DNA of 64,000 bases from Lachnospiraceae bacterium (lineage in GTDB: Bacteria > Bacillota > Clostridia > Lachnospirales > Lachnospiraceae). The notes beneath the pieces were generated by a model. It saw nothing but the letters and a program-made list of their open reading frames with translations. It searched no databases and had not been told where the DNA came from. Position 1 is the first letter of the stretch, and every line of letters starts with the position of its first letter. Positions 49,625 to 59,236 of this stretch are shown here, in pieces. A program made the translations under genes and the position numbers. The stretch is taken from NCBI GenBank assembly GCA_009774245.1, contig VSNM01000005.1:21445-85444 (forward strand). Reading direction: 5' to 3'.

Positions 49625-52198
49625 ATGAAGAAAGAAAAATCAGTAAAAGAGACGGGGAGGCTGAAAGATCTGGCGGTTCCCGTGATCATAACAGCTGTCA
49701 TACTGGTGGCAGTGATTGCGATCATCAATTTCAAAGGTACGACAGAACAGACAGAGGGGATGACGATATACAGTTATGACGGGTCTGAAGATGCCGTCAT
49801 GCTGGAAAATGATAAGCTAAAGCTTACCATGGATCCCACGACTACGCAGTTCACCCTGGAGGTGAAGGAGACGGGAAAAGTATGGTATTCCAATCCCCCC
49901 GGAGCGGATGCGGACCCTGTGGCGGTGGCATCGTACAAGGGAAGGCTTCAGTCCACCCTGCTTATGACATACAGCATCGCTACCGGCCTGCAAACGACGT
50001 ATGACAGTTACACCTACGGCGTTGCAAATGGGTTGTACGACATCGAGAAGGGTGACGATTACATCAAAGTCAACTATTCCCTTGGTAATGTGGAGAAGGA
50101 GTACATGATACCTCCTGTCTGCACGGCGGCAAGTATGGAGCAGTGGTTTGACAAGCTGGAAACGAACGACGCCAGCTTTATCAAACGCTATTACAAGAAA
50201 TATGATATCAATAAACTGGGGAAGGATGACGACAAGGACACGCTCCTGGCCGACTATCCTTCTCTGGAGCAGGAGCCGTTGTATGTGCTGAGAGATACAG
50301 CCAAGGGCGCCGTTACCCAGAAGCTGGAGCAGATTTTTGAGAAAGCCGGGTATACGGCGGATGATCTGGCGGCGGATAAGCAGCTGAGCACGCGGCTTTC
50401 CAGCAAAGATACATTTGTGTTCGACGCCAGTATCATTTACAGGCTGGACGGCGGAGACCTGGTAGTGGAAATGCCCCTGGGCGATCTGGAGTACAGTGCG
50501 GCGACGCCGATCTATACCCTGGTACCGCTCCCGTACTTTGGCGCGGGAGGGGCGGAGGATGAGGGCTATCTGCTTGTGCCTGAGGGCGGCGGCGCGCTGA
50601 TCAACTTTAACAACAACAAGCTCTCGCAGGCATCCTATTACGCGAACCTTTACGGCTGGGACATGGCATTGTCCAGGGATGCCGTGGTGCATGACACAAG
50701 GGCATATTTCAATGTGTTTGGCATCGCAAGCGGCGAGGATTCCTTTATCTGCATGATGGAGGAGGGCGCGCCATATGTCTCCGTGCAGGCGGATATCGCA
50801 GGACATGGCAGCAGCTACAATTTTGTCAATTCCTGCTATACGATCAGCCCGTCCGAGCTCTATCAGGTAGGGGAACTGAACAGCCAGAATGTCTATAAGT
50901 TCCTGGAGACACTGCCCGATGAGACGCTGACGCAGCGGTACCGTTTCGTGCACAGCAACAGCTATGTGGACATGGCAAAGACATATCAGGGTTACCTGAA
51001 AGACCAGTACGGGGAGTATTTCACGGAGAGCAGTGGGGAAGGAACTCCTGTGGTGCTGGAGATCGTGGGAGCTGTGGATAAGGTCAGACAGATACTGGGT
51101 GTCCCTGTTTCCAGGCCGTTGAAGCTGACCAAATACAGCGAGGCGGAGGAGATGATCCGCCAGCTGGTATCAGAGGGCATGAGCAATATTTCAGTAAAAT
51201 ATACAGGCTGGTGCAACGGCGGTGTCAACCAGAAGATTCTCACCAAGGCAAAGACGATCGGCGTACTGGGCAGCAAGAAGGATCTGAAGAATCTGGGGAC
51301 CGCGGCAGAGGAGCTGGGCGTGGACCTCTATCTGGAGGGCGTGACACACTATGAGTATGACAGCGGGATTATGGATGGTTTCTTCTCCTTCACGGACGCG
51401 GCAAGATTTCTGTCCAAGGAGCAGGCAGAACTGTTTGTCTACAACGATGTGACCTATGCCGCAAGGGAGGGGGTTGACAGCTATTATCTGCTCCACCCGG
51501 ACATAATTGAAGAGAATGCGCAGGTTCTTTCCAGGGCGGCAGGGAAGTATGGCATGAACGTGGCATTCCGCGACATGGGAAAGGATCTGTCCTCGGACTA
51601 TTATCTGAGGGACACGGTCAGCAGACAGCAGGCGATGACTTCGCAGGCGCAGATTCTCAAGGGGATCGGTGATGACGGCAGGAAAGTGATGGTCAATATG
51701 GGAAATGATTATGCCCTTCCCTATGCGGACATCGTGACGAACATGGATCTGTCAGGCAGCGGGTATACCATTATCGATGAGGAGGTTCCTTTCTACCAGC
51801 TTGCGATACACGGTTTCGTGGATTATGTCGGGGCGCCGTTAAATGTCTGCGGCAACGAGGAGGAAGAGCTGCTGGAGTCCGCGGAGTACGGCGCGGGTCT
51901 ATCCTTCTCACTGATGCGCGAGACTGCGTTTGCCCTGCAGAAAACACTCTATACCGAATATTATGCGTCTGATTTTGCGGCATGGCATGACAGGATGATG
52001 GAGATCTACAACAGGTACAACAGCGAGATGGGGCATGTGTTCGGACAGCAGATGACGGGACATGAGAAGCTGGATGACAAACTCTCCTGCACCGTATATG
52101 AGGACGGCACAAAGGTCTATGTTAATTATAGCTTCACGGATGCGGTGACGCCTGACGGCGCGAATGTTCCTGCCAGAGATTATTTGGTAGTCCGTTAA
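49625..52198 (+). CDS. DUF5696-like large membrane-anchored protein
   Basis: N-terminal TM; WYSNP, PYFGA, YLLVPEGGGALI, GWCNGG, VPFYQLAIHG, YEDGTKVYVNY. Confidence 0.72.
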   Translation: MKKEKSVKETGRLKDLAVPVIITAVILVAVIAIINFKGTTEQTEGMTIYSYDGSEDAVMLENDKLKLTMDPTTTQFTLEVKETGKVWYSNPPGADADPVAVASYKGRLQSTLLMTYSIATGLQTTYDSYTYGVANGLYDIEKGDDYIKVNYSLGNVEKEYMIPPVCTAASMEQWFDKLETNDASFIKRYYKKYDINKLGKDDDKDTLLADYPSLEQEPLYVLRDTAKGAVTQKLEQIFEKAGYTADDLAADKQLSTRLSSKDTFVFDASIIYRLDGGDLVVEMPLGDLEYSAATPIYTLVPLPYFGAGGAEDEGYLLVPEGGGALINFNNNKLSQASYYANLYGWDMALSRDAVVHDTRAYFNVFGIASGEDSFICMMEEGAPYVSVQADIAGHGSSYNFVNSCYTISPSELYQVGELNSQNVYKFLETLPDETLTQRYRFVHSNSYVDMAKTYQGYLKDQYGEYFTESSGEGTPVVLEIVGAVDKVRQILGVPVSRPLKLTKYSEAEEMIRQLVSEGMSNISVKYTGWCNGGVNQKILTKAKTIGVLGSKKDLKNLGTAAEELGVDLYLEGVTHYEYDSGIMDGFFSFTDAARFLSKEQAELFVYNDVTYAAREGVDSYYLLHPDIIEENAQVLSRAAGKYGMNVAFRDMGKDLSSDYYLRDTVSRQQAMTSQAQILKGIGDDGRKVMVNMGNDYALPYADIVTNMDLSGSGYTIIDEEVPFYQLAIHGFVDYVGAPLNVCGNEEEELLESAEYGAGLSFSLMRETAFALQKTLYTEYYASDFAAWHDRMMEIYNRYNSEMGHVFGQQMTGHEKLDDKLSCTVYEDGTKVYVNYSFTDAVTPDGANVPARDYLVVR

Positions 52199-52223
52199 AA
52201 AGCTTTTAGAAAGGAATGTGGTT

Positions 52224-53135
52224 ATGAAAAGACAGAAAACGAAGTTGGCAGGCCTTGAGAAACGGAAAGCCATCTCGGGATACCTGTTCATCTCCCCTTT
52301 TATCATCGGTTTTTTGGCCTTTATGGTAAAGCCGTTGTTCCAGTCCCTGTACATGAGCTTCAGTGATGTGCAGCTGGGAGCGGGGGAGTTCCAGATGATA
52401 TGGAAAGGCCTGAGCAATTACAATTATGCGTTCCGGGTAGATGCCAATTTTGTCAGGCTTCTCACGGAGGAGCTTTCCAGAATGGCAATTTATTCCGTGG
52501 CGATCATGGTATTCAGTTTCTTTGTGGCCCTGGTGCTGAACCAGAAATTTAAGGGCAGGGCGCTGGTTCGCTCCGTGTTCTTCCTGCCGGTGATACTGGC
52601 CTCCGGCGTGATGCTGAAGCTGGATTCCGACAACGCCCTGATGGCGGCTGTCGCCCAGACTGTGGAGGTGAACGCGGGCGGTGCATCGAGCATCACAAAC
52701 GCGCTCCAGAGTATCTTAAGGACTACCGGCGTGGGCGTGAGGGCATTTGAGATATTGTTTGAGATCATTGACAACATTTATGATGTGGCGATCTCCTCAG
52801 GGATCCAGATCATCATCTTCCTGTCGGGACTGCAGACGATCTCCGTCAGCATGTACGAGGCTGCGGACATTGAGGGCTGCACCAAGTGGGAGAGTCTCTG
52901 GAAGATCACGTTTCCCATGGTCAGCTCCCTGTTCCTTGTGAACTGGATTTACACAGTGGTGGATTTCTGTATGAGGTCGGACAATGAAGTCATTGACAAG
53001 ATTACGACGTATATGAATGTAAACCTGAATTACGGGCTGGCCTCCGCGATGGCATGGACCTATTTCGTACTGGTCATGATCATTATCGGAGTGAGTTCGA
53101 TCATCATCTCGAAGGGGGTTTACTACTATGAGTAA
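52224..53135 (+). CDS. Carbohydrate ABC permease (MalF-like)
   Basis: GYLFISPFIIGF; LSGLQTISVSMYEAADIEG. Confidence 0.92.
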   Translation: MKRQKTKLAGLEKRKAISGYLFISPFIIGFLAFMVKPLFQSLYMSFSDVQLGAGEFQMIWKGLSNYNYAFRVDANFVRLLTEELSRMAIYSVAIMVFSFFVALVLNQKFKGRALVRSVFFLPVILASGVMLKLDSDNALMAAVAQTVEVNAGGASSITNALQSILRTTGVGVRAFEILFEIIDNIYDVAISSGIQIIIFLSGLQTISVSMYEAADIEGCTKWESLWKITFPMVSSLFLVNWIYTVVDFCMRSDNEVIDKITTYMNVNLNYGLASAMAWTYFVLVMIIIGVSSIIISKGVYYYE

Positions 53136-54135
53136 AGTGAAGACGGAAAAGTATAAAAATTTCTGGGAGAGAAACAGGAAATCCGGAGGGTATCTCCTGC
53201 GCAAGACCGTGATGGACCACGGTGTGAGCATATGCCGCGCGGTACTGCTTTTCGGACTGTGCTTCCTGATCCTGCAGCCCCTGCTGAACAAGATTTCGGT
53301 GAGCTTCATGACCGAGGGCGATCTGTACGACCCGATCGTAATCTCCATTCCCATGCATTTTACCACGGAGAATTACCGTTTGGCTGCAGGGCTTATGGAG
53401 TTTGGAAAGAGTCTGCTCAACTCGCTTGCGATCGCGCTGACGATTTCCGTTGTGCAGGTGAGTATGTGTACCCTGGTGGGATATGGTTTTGCGAGGTTCC
53501 AGTTTCCCCTGAAGCGCTTCTGGTTTGCCTGTGTGATGGTGATGATCCTGATCCCGCCCCAGGTTATCTCCACTTCGCTGCACCTGCATTTCAAGTATTT
53601 TGATGTGTTCGGAATCAGCAAACTGCTGACAGGCTCCCCCATCAACCTGAGGGGTTCCGTGATTCCGTATTACATGATGTCATTCGGGTGCATGGGGCTG
53701 AAGAACGGACTCTATATCTATATGATACGGCAGTTCTTCCGCAATATCCCCAAAGAGATGGAGGAGGCTGCATATGTGGACGGCTGCGGCACGCTCAAGA
53801 CGTTTGTCAGCATCATGCTGCCGGACGCGAAGCCGATCCTTACATCCTGTTTCCTGTTCTCCTTTGTATGGCAGTGGACGGACGGTTTTTATTCCAGCAT
53901 GTTTCTGGGAAAGGTGAGCCTGTTGAGCATCAGGCTCAAGCAGCTCCCGGATACGTTTGGCGGATATATGGCAAAGATCACCGGTTCATCAAGCTCGGCG
54001 GGTGTTTCCGTTCCCTACACCAACTGTATGCTGGCGACGGGGACACTGATGGTGATCGTACCGCTGATTATCCTGTATCTGTATGCACAGAAGGGATTTG
54101 TGGAGAGTCTGAGCAGTACCGGAATCAAGATGTGA
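53128..54135 (+). CDS. Carbohydrate ABC permease (MalG-like)
   Basis: RQFFRNIPKEMEEAAYVDG; QKGFVES. Confidence 0.92.
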   Translation: MSKVKTEKYKNFWERNRKSGGYLLRKTVMDHGVSICRAVLLFGLCFLILQPLLNKISVSFMTEGDLYDPIVISIPMHFTTENYRLAAGLMEFGKSLLNSLAIALTISVVQVSMCTLVGYGFARFQFPLKRFWFACVMVMILIPPQVISTSLHLHFKYFDVFGISKLLTGSPINLRGSVIPYYMMSFGCMGLKNGLYIYMIRQFFRNIPKEMEEAAYVDGCGTLKTFVSIMLPDAKPILTSCFLFSFVWQWTDGFYSSMFLGKVSLLSIRLKQLPDTFGGYMAKITGSSSSAGVSVPYTNCMLATGTLMVIVPLIILYLYAQKGFVESLSSTGIKM

Positions 54136-54243
54136 TGCAGGTGCAAATGGTTATGGTATGGGTTTCCGCCGGCTGTTTCCGGTTCGGGATGCGGTCAGAC
54201 GGAGGTTTATATAAGAAATTTTAAGAATGGAGGATGATATACT

Positions 54244-55818
54244 ATGAAAAGGAAAATGTTGAACAGACTGATGGCAGCTTCGATCGCGGCGGTCATGACC
54301 GTGGGAATGACTGGCTGCGGCGGCAATGCGGGGGAGCCGGCAGGCGGGGAGCAGACCGGCGGGGACACACAGGCCGGCAGCGAAGAGCAGGGCGGCGAGA
54401 CAAAGACAGATACCGTAGAGCAGGGCGGCGGCGAAGAGCAGAGCGCTGCGGAAGAAGATGACGGGATGCCTGAGGTGCGTATCGATCCTGAGACAGGCGA
54501 ACCGTTTGACTTAGGAGGCATGGAGATCATCATCGCTGACTGGTGGACCGGTGATCCGGAAGAGCCGAAGACGGATTTCCAGGCGGCGCAGAGAGAATAT
54601 CAGGAGTGGCTTCAGGATACATACAACTTCACGATGGTTCAGAAGAACTACGCAGGCTGGGGTTGGGAGGAAGGTTCGATCGGCGAGGCCTTTGTGCAGG
54701 CTGCCACGTCAGGAACGGATGAGAACATAATCTATACACTGACGAATTCCGCGGCCACGGCGGCAGATGTCAGCCAGGGGCTGATGTATGACCTGACGAA
54801 GCTGGACGGCGACGTGATTGATCTCTCCGCGGAGAAGTGGCAGATAAACGGGGAGGTAAACAGCTGGAAGATCGGCGATTCCGTATACTGTTTCTATACC
54901 GGGCCTTCCGAGCCGAGGGGCGGCCTGTATTTCAATAAGACAGTGCTCAAGGATGCCGGCATCGACCCGGAGACGATCTATGACATGCAGGCGGACGGCA
55001 CATGGACATGGGACGCGTGGGTTGACATCATGGATAAGGTACAGAGGGATACGGACAATGACGGCCAGAATGATGTTTTTGGATGCGTGCAGAACAACGG
55101 CGCCATGATCTATATGTGCGTGCGCTCCAACGGCGGTGAGCTTGTCACCAGGAACGATGACGGCACATACACACTGACTGCCGACAGCGATGCGGTAAAA
55201 GAAGGCCTGCATTTTGCGATTGACACTGTCACCAACAAATACTATCTGGATTATAGTAACGAGGAAGGCTCGAACTGGGAAGATTACAAGAACCTCTTCA
55301 TGAGCGGCAAGGCGGCGTTCATGTATGATGACGCATACTGTGCGTATGAGGGCGGATGGCTGACAGGCCAGAATCCTGTCGAGATCAACGGCGTCAAGCT
55401 GGACCAGAGCGTTGACTATGGATACGTAATGTTCCCGAAGGGACCAAAGGGCGACAATGTGACCAACAAGGGCAACAATCTCTTCTGCCTGCCTGCATCC
55501 TACAGCGACGAGAAGGCAAGACAGCTGATGTTTGCTTATGACGTGTGGACAGAGGATGTTCCGGGCTATGAGGGCTACTATGCACTGCTGGATAACCTCT
55601 ACGGCGGCATGAAGGATACACGTTCCGTGGACGAGACCATCGAAATGATGACGACAAGGGGTGTTGATGACTGGCACTCAATCGTTCCGAACTTCAATCC
55701 GAATGATGATTTCCTGTGGAAGCTGAGCGTAGGCGCTGATGTTGACGCGATCCTGGAGCAGAACATTCCCGCATGGCAGACGGCTGTGGATGAGTTCAAC
55801 GCTTCCCTGAAGAAATAA
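54244..55818 (+). CDS. Sugar ABC solute-binding lipoprotein
   Basis: Lipobox MTGC, G/E/Q-rich linker, LYFNK, GTWTWD, FMSGKAAF, YVMFPKGP. Confidence 0.88.
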   Translation: MKRKMLNRLMAASIAAVMTVGMTGCGGNAGEPAGGEQTGGDTQAGSEEQGGETKTDTVEQGGGEEQSAAEEDDGMPEVRIDPETGEPFDLGGMEIIIADWWTGDPEEPKTDFQAAQREYQEWLQDTYNFTMVQKNYAGWGWEEGSIGEAFVQAATSGTDENIIYTLTNSAATAADVSQGLMYDLTKLDGDVIDLSAEKWQINGEVNSWKIGDSVYCFYTGPSEPRGGLYFNKTVLKDAGIDPETIYDMQADGTWTWDAWVDIMDKVQRDTDNDGQNDVFGCVQNNGAMIYMCVRSNGGELVTRNDDGTYTLTADSDAVKEGLHFAIDTVTNKYYLDYSNEEGSNWEDYKNLFMSGKAAFMYDDAYCAYEGGWLTGQNPVEINGVKLDQSVDYGYVMFPKGPKGDNVTNKGNNLFCLPASYSDEKARQLMFAYDVWTEDVPGYEGYYALLDNLYGGMKDTRSVDETIEMMTTRGVDDWHSIVPNFNPNDDFLWKLSVGADVDAILEQNIPAWQTAVDEFNASLKK

Positions 55819-55833
55819 TGATGGCGGAATGAC

Positions 55834-55918
55834 CCGCAGTCAAAACTGGATATGACAGATAACCAAGAGGAGGGTGGTGTTTTCGGGCGCTGTCCTCTTT
55901 TTGGACTATGATCTGCGG
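55834..55918 (+). other. Long G-U-rich stem-loop after the SBP gene
   Basis: CCAAGAGGAGGGTGGTGT pairs with GCGCTGTCCTCTTTTTGG (55863-55904); outer CCGCAG/CTGCGG. Confidence 0.55.
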
Positions 55919-55954
55919 ACATTTAAAAACGTTTAATTAAGAAAGGATGAAAAG

Positions 55955-56905
55955 ATGGAGGTTTGGTTTCATCTGCCGGGGCTGCGGCAGAATCTGCCGC
56001 TGAATATGGTGCTGCTGTCGATGCTTGAGAAAAGGCCGTATTATTTCAGGGAGGGCGTGCGGATCGCCTCCTTTTTCGGCAAATTTCCGATGTCGCTCTG
56101 GAACGGCGGGAGGCGCTCGCCAAACGACCAGTGCGACGCAGCCTATATTCAAAATGCCATCAGGAGCATCAACGACAAGGGCGTGTCCGTGCGCTATACG
56201 TACACGAACATGTTCCTTGACGAGGAGGACTTGAAAGATCCCTACTGCAATTTCTGTATGAAGGCGGCGGACAATGGGAAGAACGGGGTGCTTGTCGTGT
56301 CGCCGCTCCTGGAGGAATATATCCGCGGCAATTATCCGGGATTCCGGATCAACAGCTCCACCTGCAAGGAGATCCGCGACATCGACGCTGTGAACGAGGA
56401 ACTGAAAAAGGATTACCACCTTGTGGTGCTGGACTACAATTTCAACAACCGCTTTGAGGAGCTGGCAAAGATCGGGGACAAGGGACGGTGCGAGATCCTT
56501 GTGAACGCAGTGTGCCGGCCTGACTGCCCGAGGAGGGGGAAGCATTACGAAAATGAGGCGAAGAACCAGCGCATCATGCTCAAAAACCGCACGCGCACCC
56601 CTGACAGGCAGATTCCCCTGGAGCCATGGCACTGCGACTATGGGGAGCATAATGAGTTTGCCGTGATACAGAATTATTGTACCTACGTGTCGCCCGAGGA
56701 TATCTGGGAGAGATATGTGCCGATGGGATTTACCAATTTTAAGCTGGAGGGAAGGACGGCGAACCTCTTTTACATCATGGAGGTGTACTGTCACTATCTG
56801 ATACGGCCGGAGTACCGCGTGGATGCCGCGACGACGCTGCTCAACAGCCTGGCGGCAAACAGGCTGATCACAGTGGGAAAGCCGAAGCCCTCCAAATGGC
56901 CGTAA
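55955..56905 (+). CDS. Hypothetical protein, U32-peptidase-like (putative Fe-S) paralog 1
   Basis: WNGGR, SST, EILVNAVCRPDCPRR..HY, distal C, FKLEGR. Confidence 0.6.
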   Translation: MEVWFHLPGLRQNLPLNMVLLSMLEKRPYYFREGVRIASFFGKFPMSLWNGGRRSPNDQCDAAYIQNAIRSINDKGVSVRYTYTNMFLDEEDLKDPYCNFCMKAADNGKNGVLVVSPLLEEYIRGNYPGFRINSSTCKEIRDIDAVNEELKKDYHLVVLDYNFNNRFEELAKIGDKGRCEILVNAVCRPDCPRRGKHYENEAKNQRIMLKNRTRTPDRQIPLEPWHCDYGEHNEFAVIQNYCTYVSPEDIWERYVPMGFTNFKLEGRTANLFYIMEVYCHYLIRPEYRVDAATTLLNSLAANRLITVGKPKPSKWP

Positions 56906-56925
56906 CGGCAGGAAGGAGGTCAGGT

Positions 56926-57816
56926 ATGGCTGAGAGAGACGTTTTTTGGCATTTGCCGGGATTTTGCTATTTCCGGCAGTTAAATTATGCAGTGATCACG
57001 TTGATGGAGAAGTATCCGGACTGTTTCCGCGAGGGTTACAGGATTGGTTCGGTCTACGGGACTTTTCCGGGCGCTGTTTGGAATGGCGGGCGTGTGGTTA
57101 TGGGAATTGCCGGGAAGAGAGATATCGAGGCGACGTTGAAGCTCTACAATAGCAGGGGCGTGCCGGTGCGGTTTACATGGACGAACTCAGTCCTGGAGGA
57201 AAAGCATCTGCAGGACACATACTGCAACCTTATCATGAGGCTGGCGGACAACGGTATCAATCAGGCGCTGGTGAACACCCGCGTGCTGGAGGATTATATC
57301 CGTCGGGAGTGGCCGCGCTTTCCGCTGATCTCGTCCACCACAAAGAGGATCGTGCAGACAGGGGGCGTGCTCGCAGAGCTGGAGAGGGATTATTTTCTTG
57401 TAGTACTGGACTATGACCTGAACCACGATGCGGATGCCCTGAAGGCGCTGGAACCCCACGCGGGGCGCATCGAGCTGCTGGTGAACGAAGTGTGCACGCC
57501 GGGCTGCCCGAGACGGGCGGAGCATTACGCACAGCAGTCCAGGGCACAGCTCGAGTTTGACGTGAAAGATCTCTTCCCCTGTCCCAATGCCAATCCGAAC
57601 AAGACCTTCGAGGAGTGTAAAAAGCGTCCGGCATTCATATCCAACGAGGAGATCGGAAGCTATATCGAGAGGGGATTTATGAACTTTAAGATCGCAGGGC
57701 GGGGGATGCCGATGCAGTATGTGCTGGATGCGTATCTATATTTCCTGGTGAAGGAGGAGAAGCGGGCGCTGGTCAGGGAGAGGATCGGCCAGTTCCTGAA
57801 GAATGGCAAAAAATAA
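56926..57816 (+). CDS. Hypothetical protein, U32-peptidase-like (putative Fe-S) paralog 2
   Basis: AGGAGG RBS; WNGGR, SST, ELLVNEVCTPGCPRR..HY, distal C, FKIAGR. Confidence 0.6.
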   Translation: MAERDVFWHLPGFCYFRQLNYAVITLMEKYPDCFREGYRIGSVYGTFPGAVWNGGRVVMGIAGKRDIEATLKLYNSRGVPVRFTWTNSVLEEKHLQDTYCNLIMRLADNGINQALVNTRVLEDYIRREWPRFPLISSTTKRIVQTGGVLAELERDYFLVVLDYDLNHDADALKALEPHAGRIELLVNEVCTPGCPRRAEHYAQQSRAQLEFDVKDLFPCPNANPNKTFEECKKRPAFISNEEIGSYIERGFMNFKIAGRGMPMQYVLDAYLYFLVKEEKRALVRERIGQFLKNGKK

Positions 57817-57830
57817 AGGAGAGAAGTGAA

Positions 57831-59204
57831 GTGAGGATAAAGACAGTTTTACTGTCAGCGCTGCTGGCAGGGATGCTCCTGCAGGGCTGCGGACAGATGG
57901 CGGAAAATGTGCCTGTTCAGACGGTGGAAACGAAGGGAGTAGAAGTGGATAGTGCATTGAAAACGATATCGGACATGAAGACAGAGACAACAGGCAGCAT
58001 GGCGGTGGATGGGGAAGCAGAAAAGGAGACGGAGACAGAGGTGCGGACACAGGAGCCGGCGGCAGGGCAGAAAGATGACGGTGTGCGGTGGCAGGACTTT
58101 GTGGCGAACATGGGTATGGGCTGGAATCTGGGCAATACTTTCGACGCGATCGACTGCAGCGGACTGGCAGATGAGCTCGACTACGAGGGGGCATGGCTGC
58201 CCGGAAAGACCAGGACTACAAAGGAGATGATAAGCCTTGTGAAGGAACAGGGCTTCCAGACAGTCCGGATCCCGGTGTCATGGCACAATCATGTCGACAT
58301 CACGACGGATGAAAATGGGAACAAGGTCTACACGATCAGGGAAGCGTGGATGAACAGGGTGAAGGAGGTCGTGGATTACTGTTACGGGGAAGGACTCTAC
58401 GTCATCATCAATATCCATCACGACGATAAGGACAGGAATTTTATCTATCCGACGGAGGAGTGCAGGGAGCAGTCGGTCAGTTACATCACGCAGATCTGGA
58501 CGCAGGTCGCCACAGTGTTCGCAGAGTACGATCATCATGTGATCTATGAGGTGTTCAACGAGGTGCGCCTAGCCGGGACTGAGGACGAGTGGACGCCGGA
58601 CACGCCCAATGCGAAAGCGGCGCAGCGCATCATCAACGAGTATGCGCAGGCAGGTGTCGATGCGATCCGTTCCGTGGATACCGGTTACAACGCGTCAAGG
58701 TTTATCATGTGTACCGGATATGCGGGGAATATGTACGCATACAAGGAGCAGGTGCTCCCTGTGGACAAGGGAGGGTACGCCAGCCGCATCATTGTATCCA
58801 TCCATCCCTATTCGCCCTACACATTCTGTATGGATGTGTCGGAGAACGGCAAGAGCGTGTACGATACCACGGTTCAGAAGGACGTGGATGAGGTGTTCCG
58901 CGTGATCAACCGGCAGTGGACATCCAGGGATATACCGGTCGTCATCAGCGAGTGGGGCACGATCCTGAGGGAGGACAATGAGGAATCGCGCAGGGAACAC
59001 GCATCGTACTATGTGAGACAGGCGGTGACGGCGTGCAGGGATTCGGCGGGCGGGACGGTGCGGGTTCCGTGCATTCTGTGGGACAATGGCAGCATCGCGG
59101 ACGTGACGAAGGGGGACACCTTCGGCTATCTCGACAGACAGAATGTGACATGGTTTGACCAGGGATATGTGGATGCGGTCATCAATGCCAGCAAGGGAGA
59201 TTGA
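57831..59204 (+). CDS. GH5 (GH5_4-like) endoglucanase/xyloglucanase lipoprotein
   Basis: Lipobox LQGC; GWNLGNT, RIPVSW, INIHHD, FNEVR, HPYSP, ISEWG, LWDNG. Confidence 0.9.
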   Translation: MRIKTVLLSALLAGMLLQGCGQMAENVPVQTVETKGVEVDSALKTISDMKTETTGSMAVDGEAEKETETEVRTQEPAAGQKDDGVRWQDFVANMGMGWNLGNTFDAIDCSGLADELDYEGAWLPGKTRTTKEMISLVKEQGFQTVRIPVSWHNHVDITTDENGNKVYTIREAWMNRVKEVVDYCYGEGLYVIINIHHDDKDRNFIYPTEECREQSVSYITQIWTQVATVFAEYDHHVIYEVFNEVRLAGTEDEWTPDTPNAKAAQRIINEYAQAGVDAIRSVDTGYNASRFIMCTGYAGNMYAYKEQVLPVDKGGYASRIIVSIHPYSPYTFCMDVSENGKSVYDTTVQKDVDEVFRVINRQWTSRDIPVVISEWGTILREDNEESRREHASYYVRQAVTACRDSAGGTVRVPCILWDNGSIADVTKGDTFGYLDRQNVTWFDQGYVDAVINASKGD

Positions 59205-59236
59205 TAAAAAGGAATCAGGAAAGGAATGGTGTGTTT

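Noticed and set aside
35596..57816. RiPP cluster made of the ABC exporters and U32-like proteins
   Set aside because: They are about 17 kb apart, and no precursor peptide, peptidase domain or radical SAM/PqqD gene was found.
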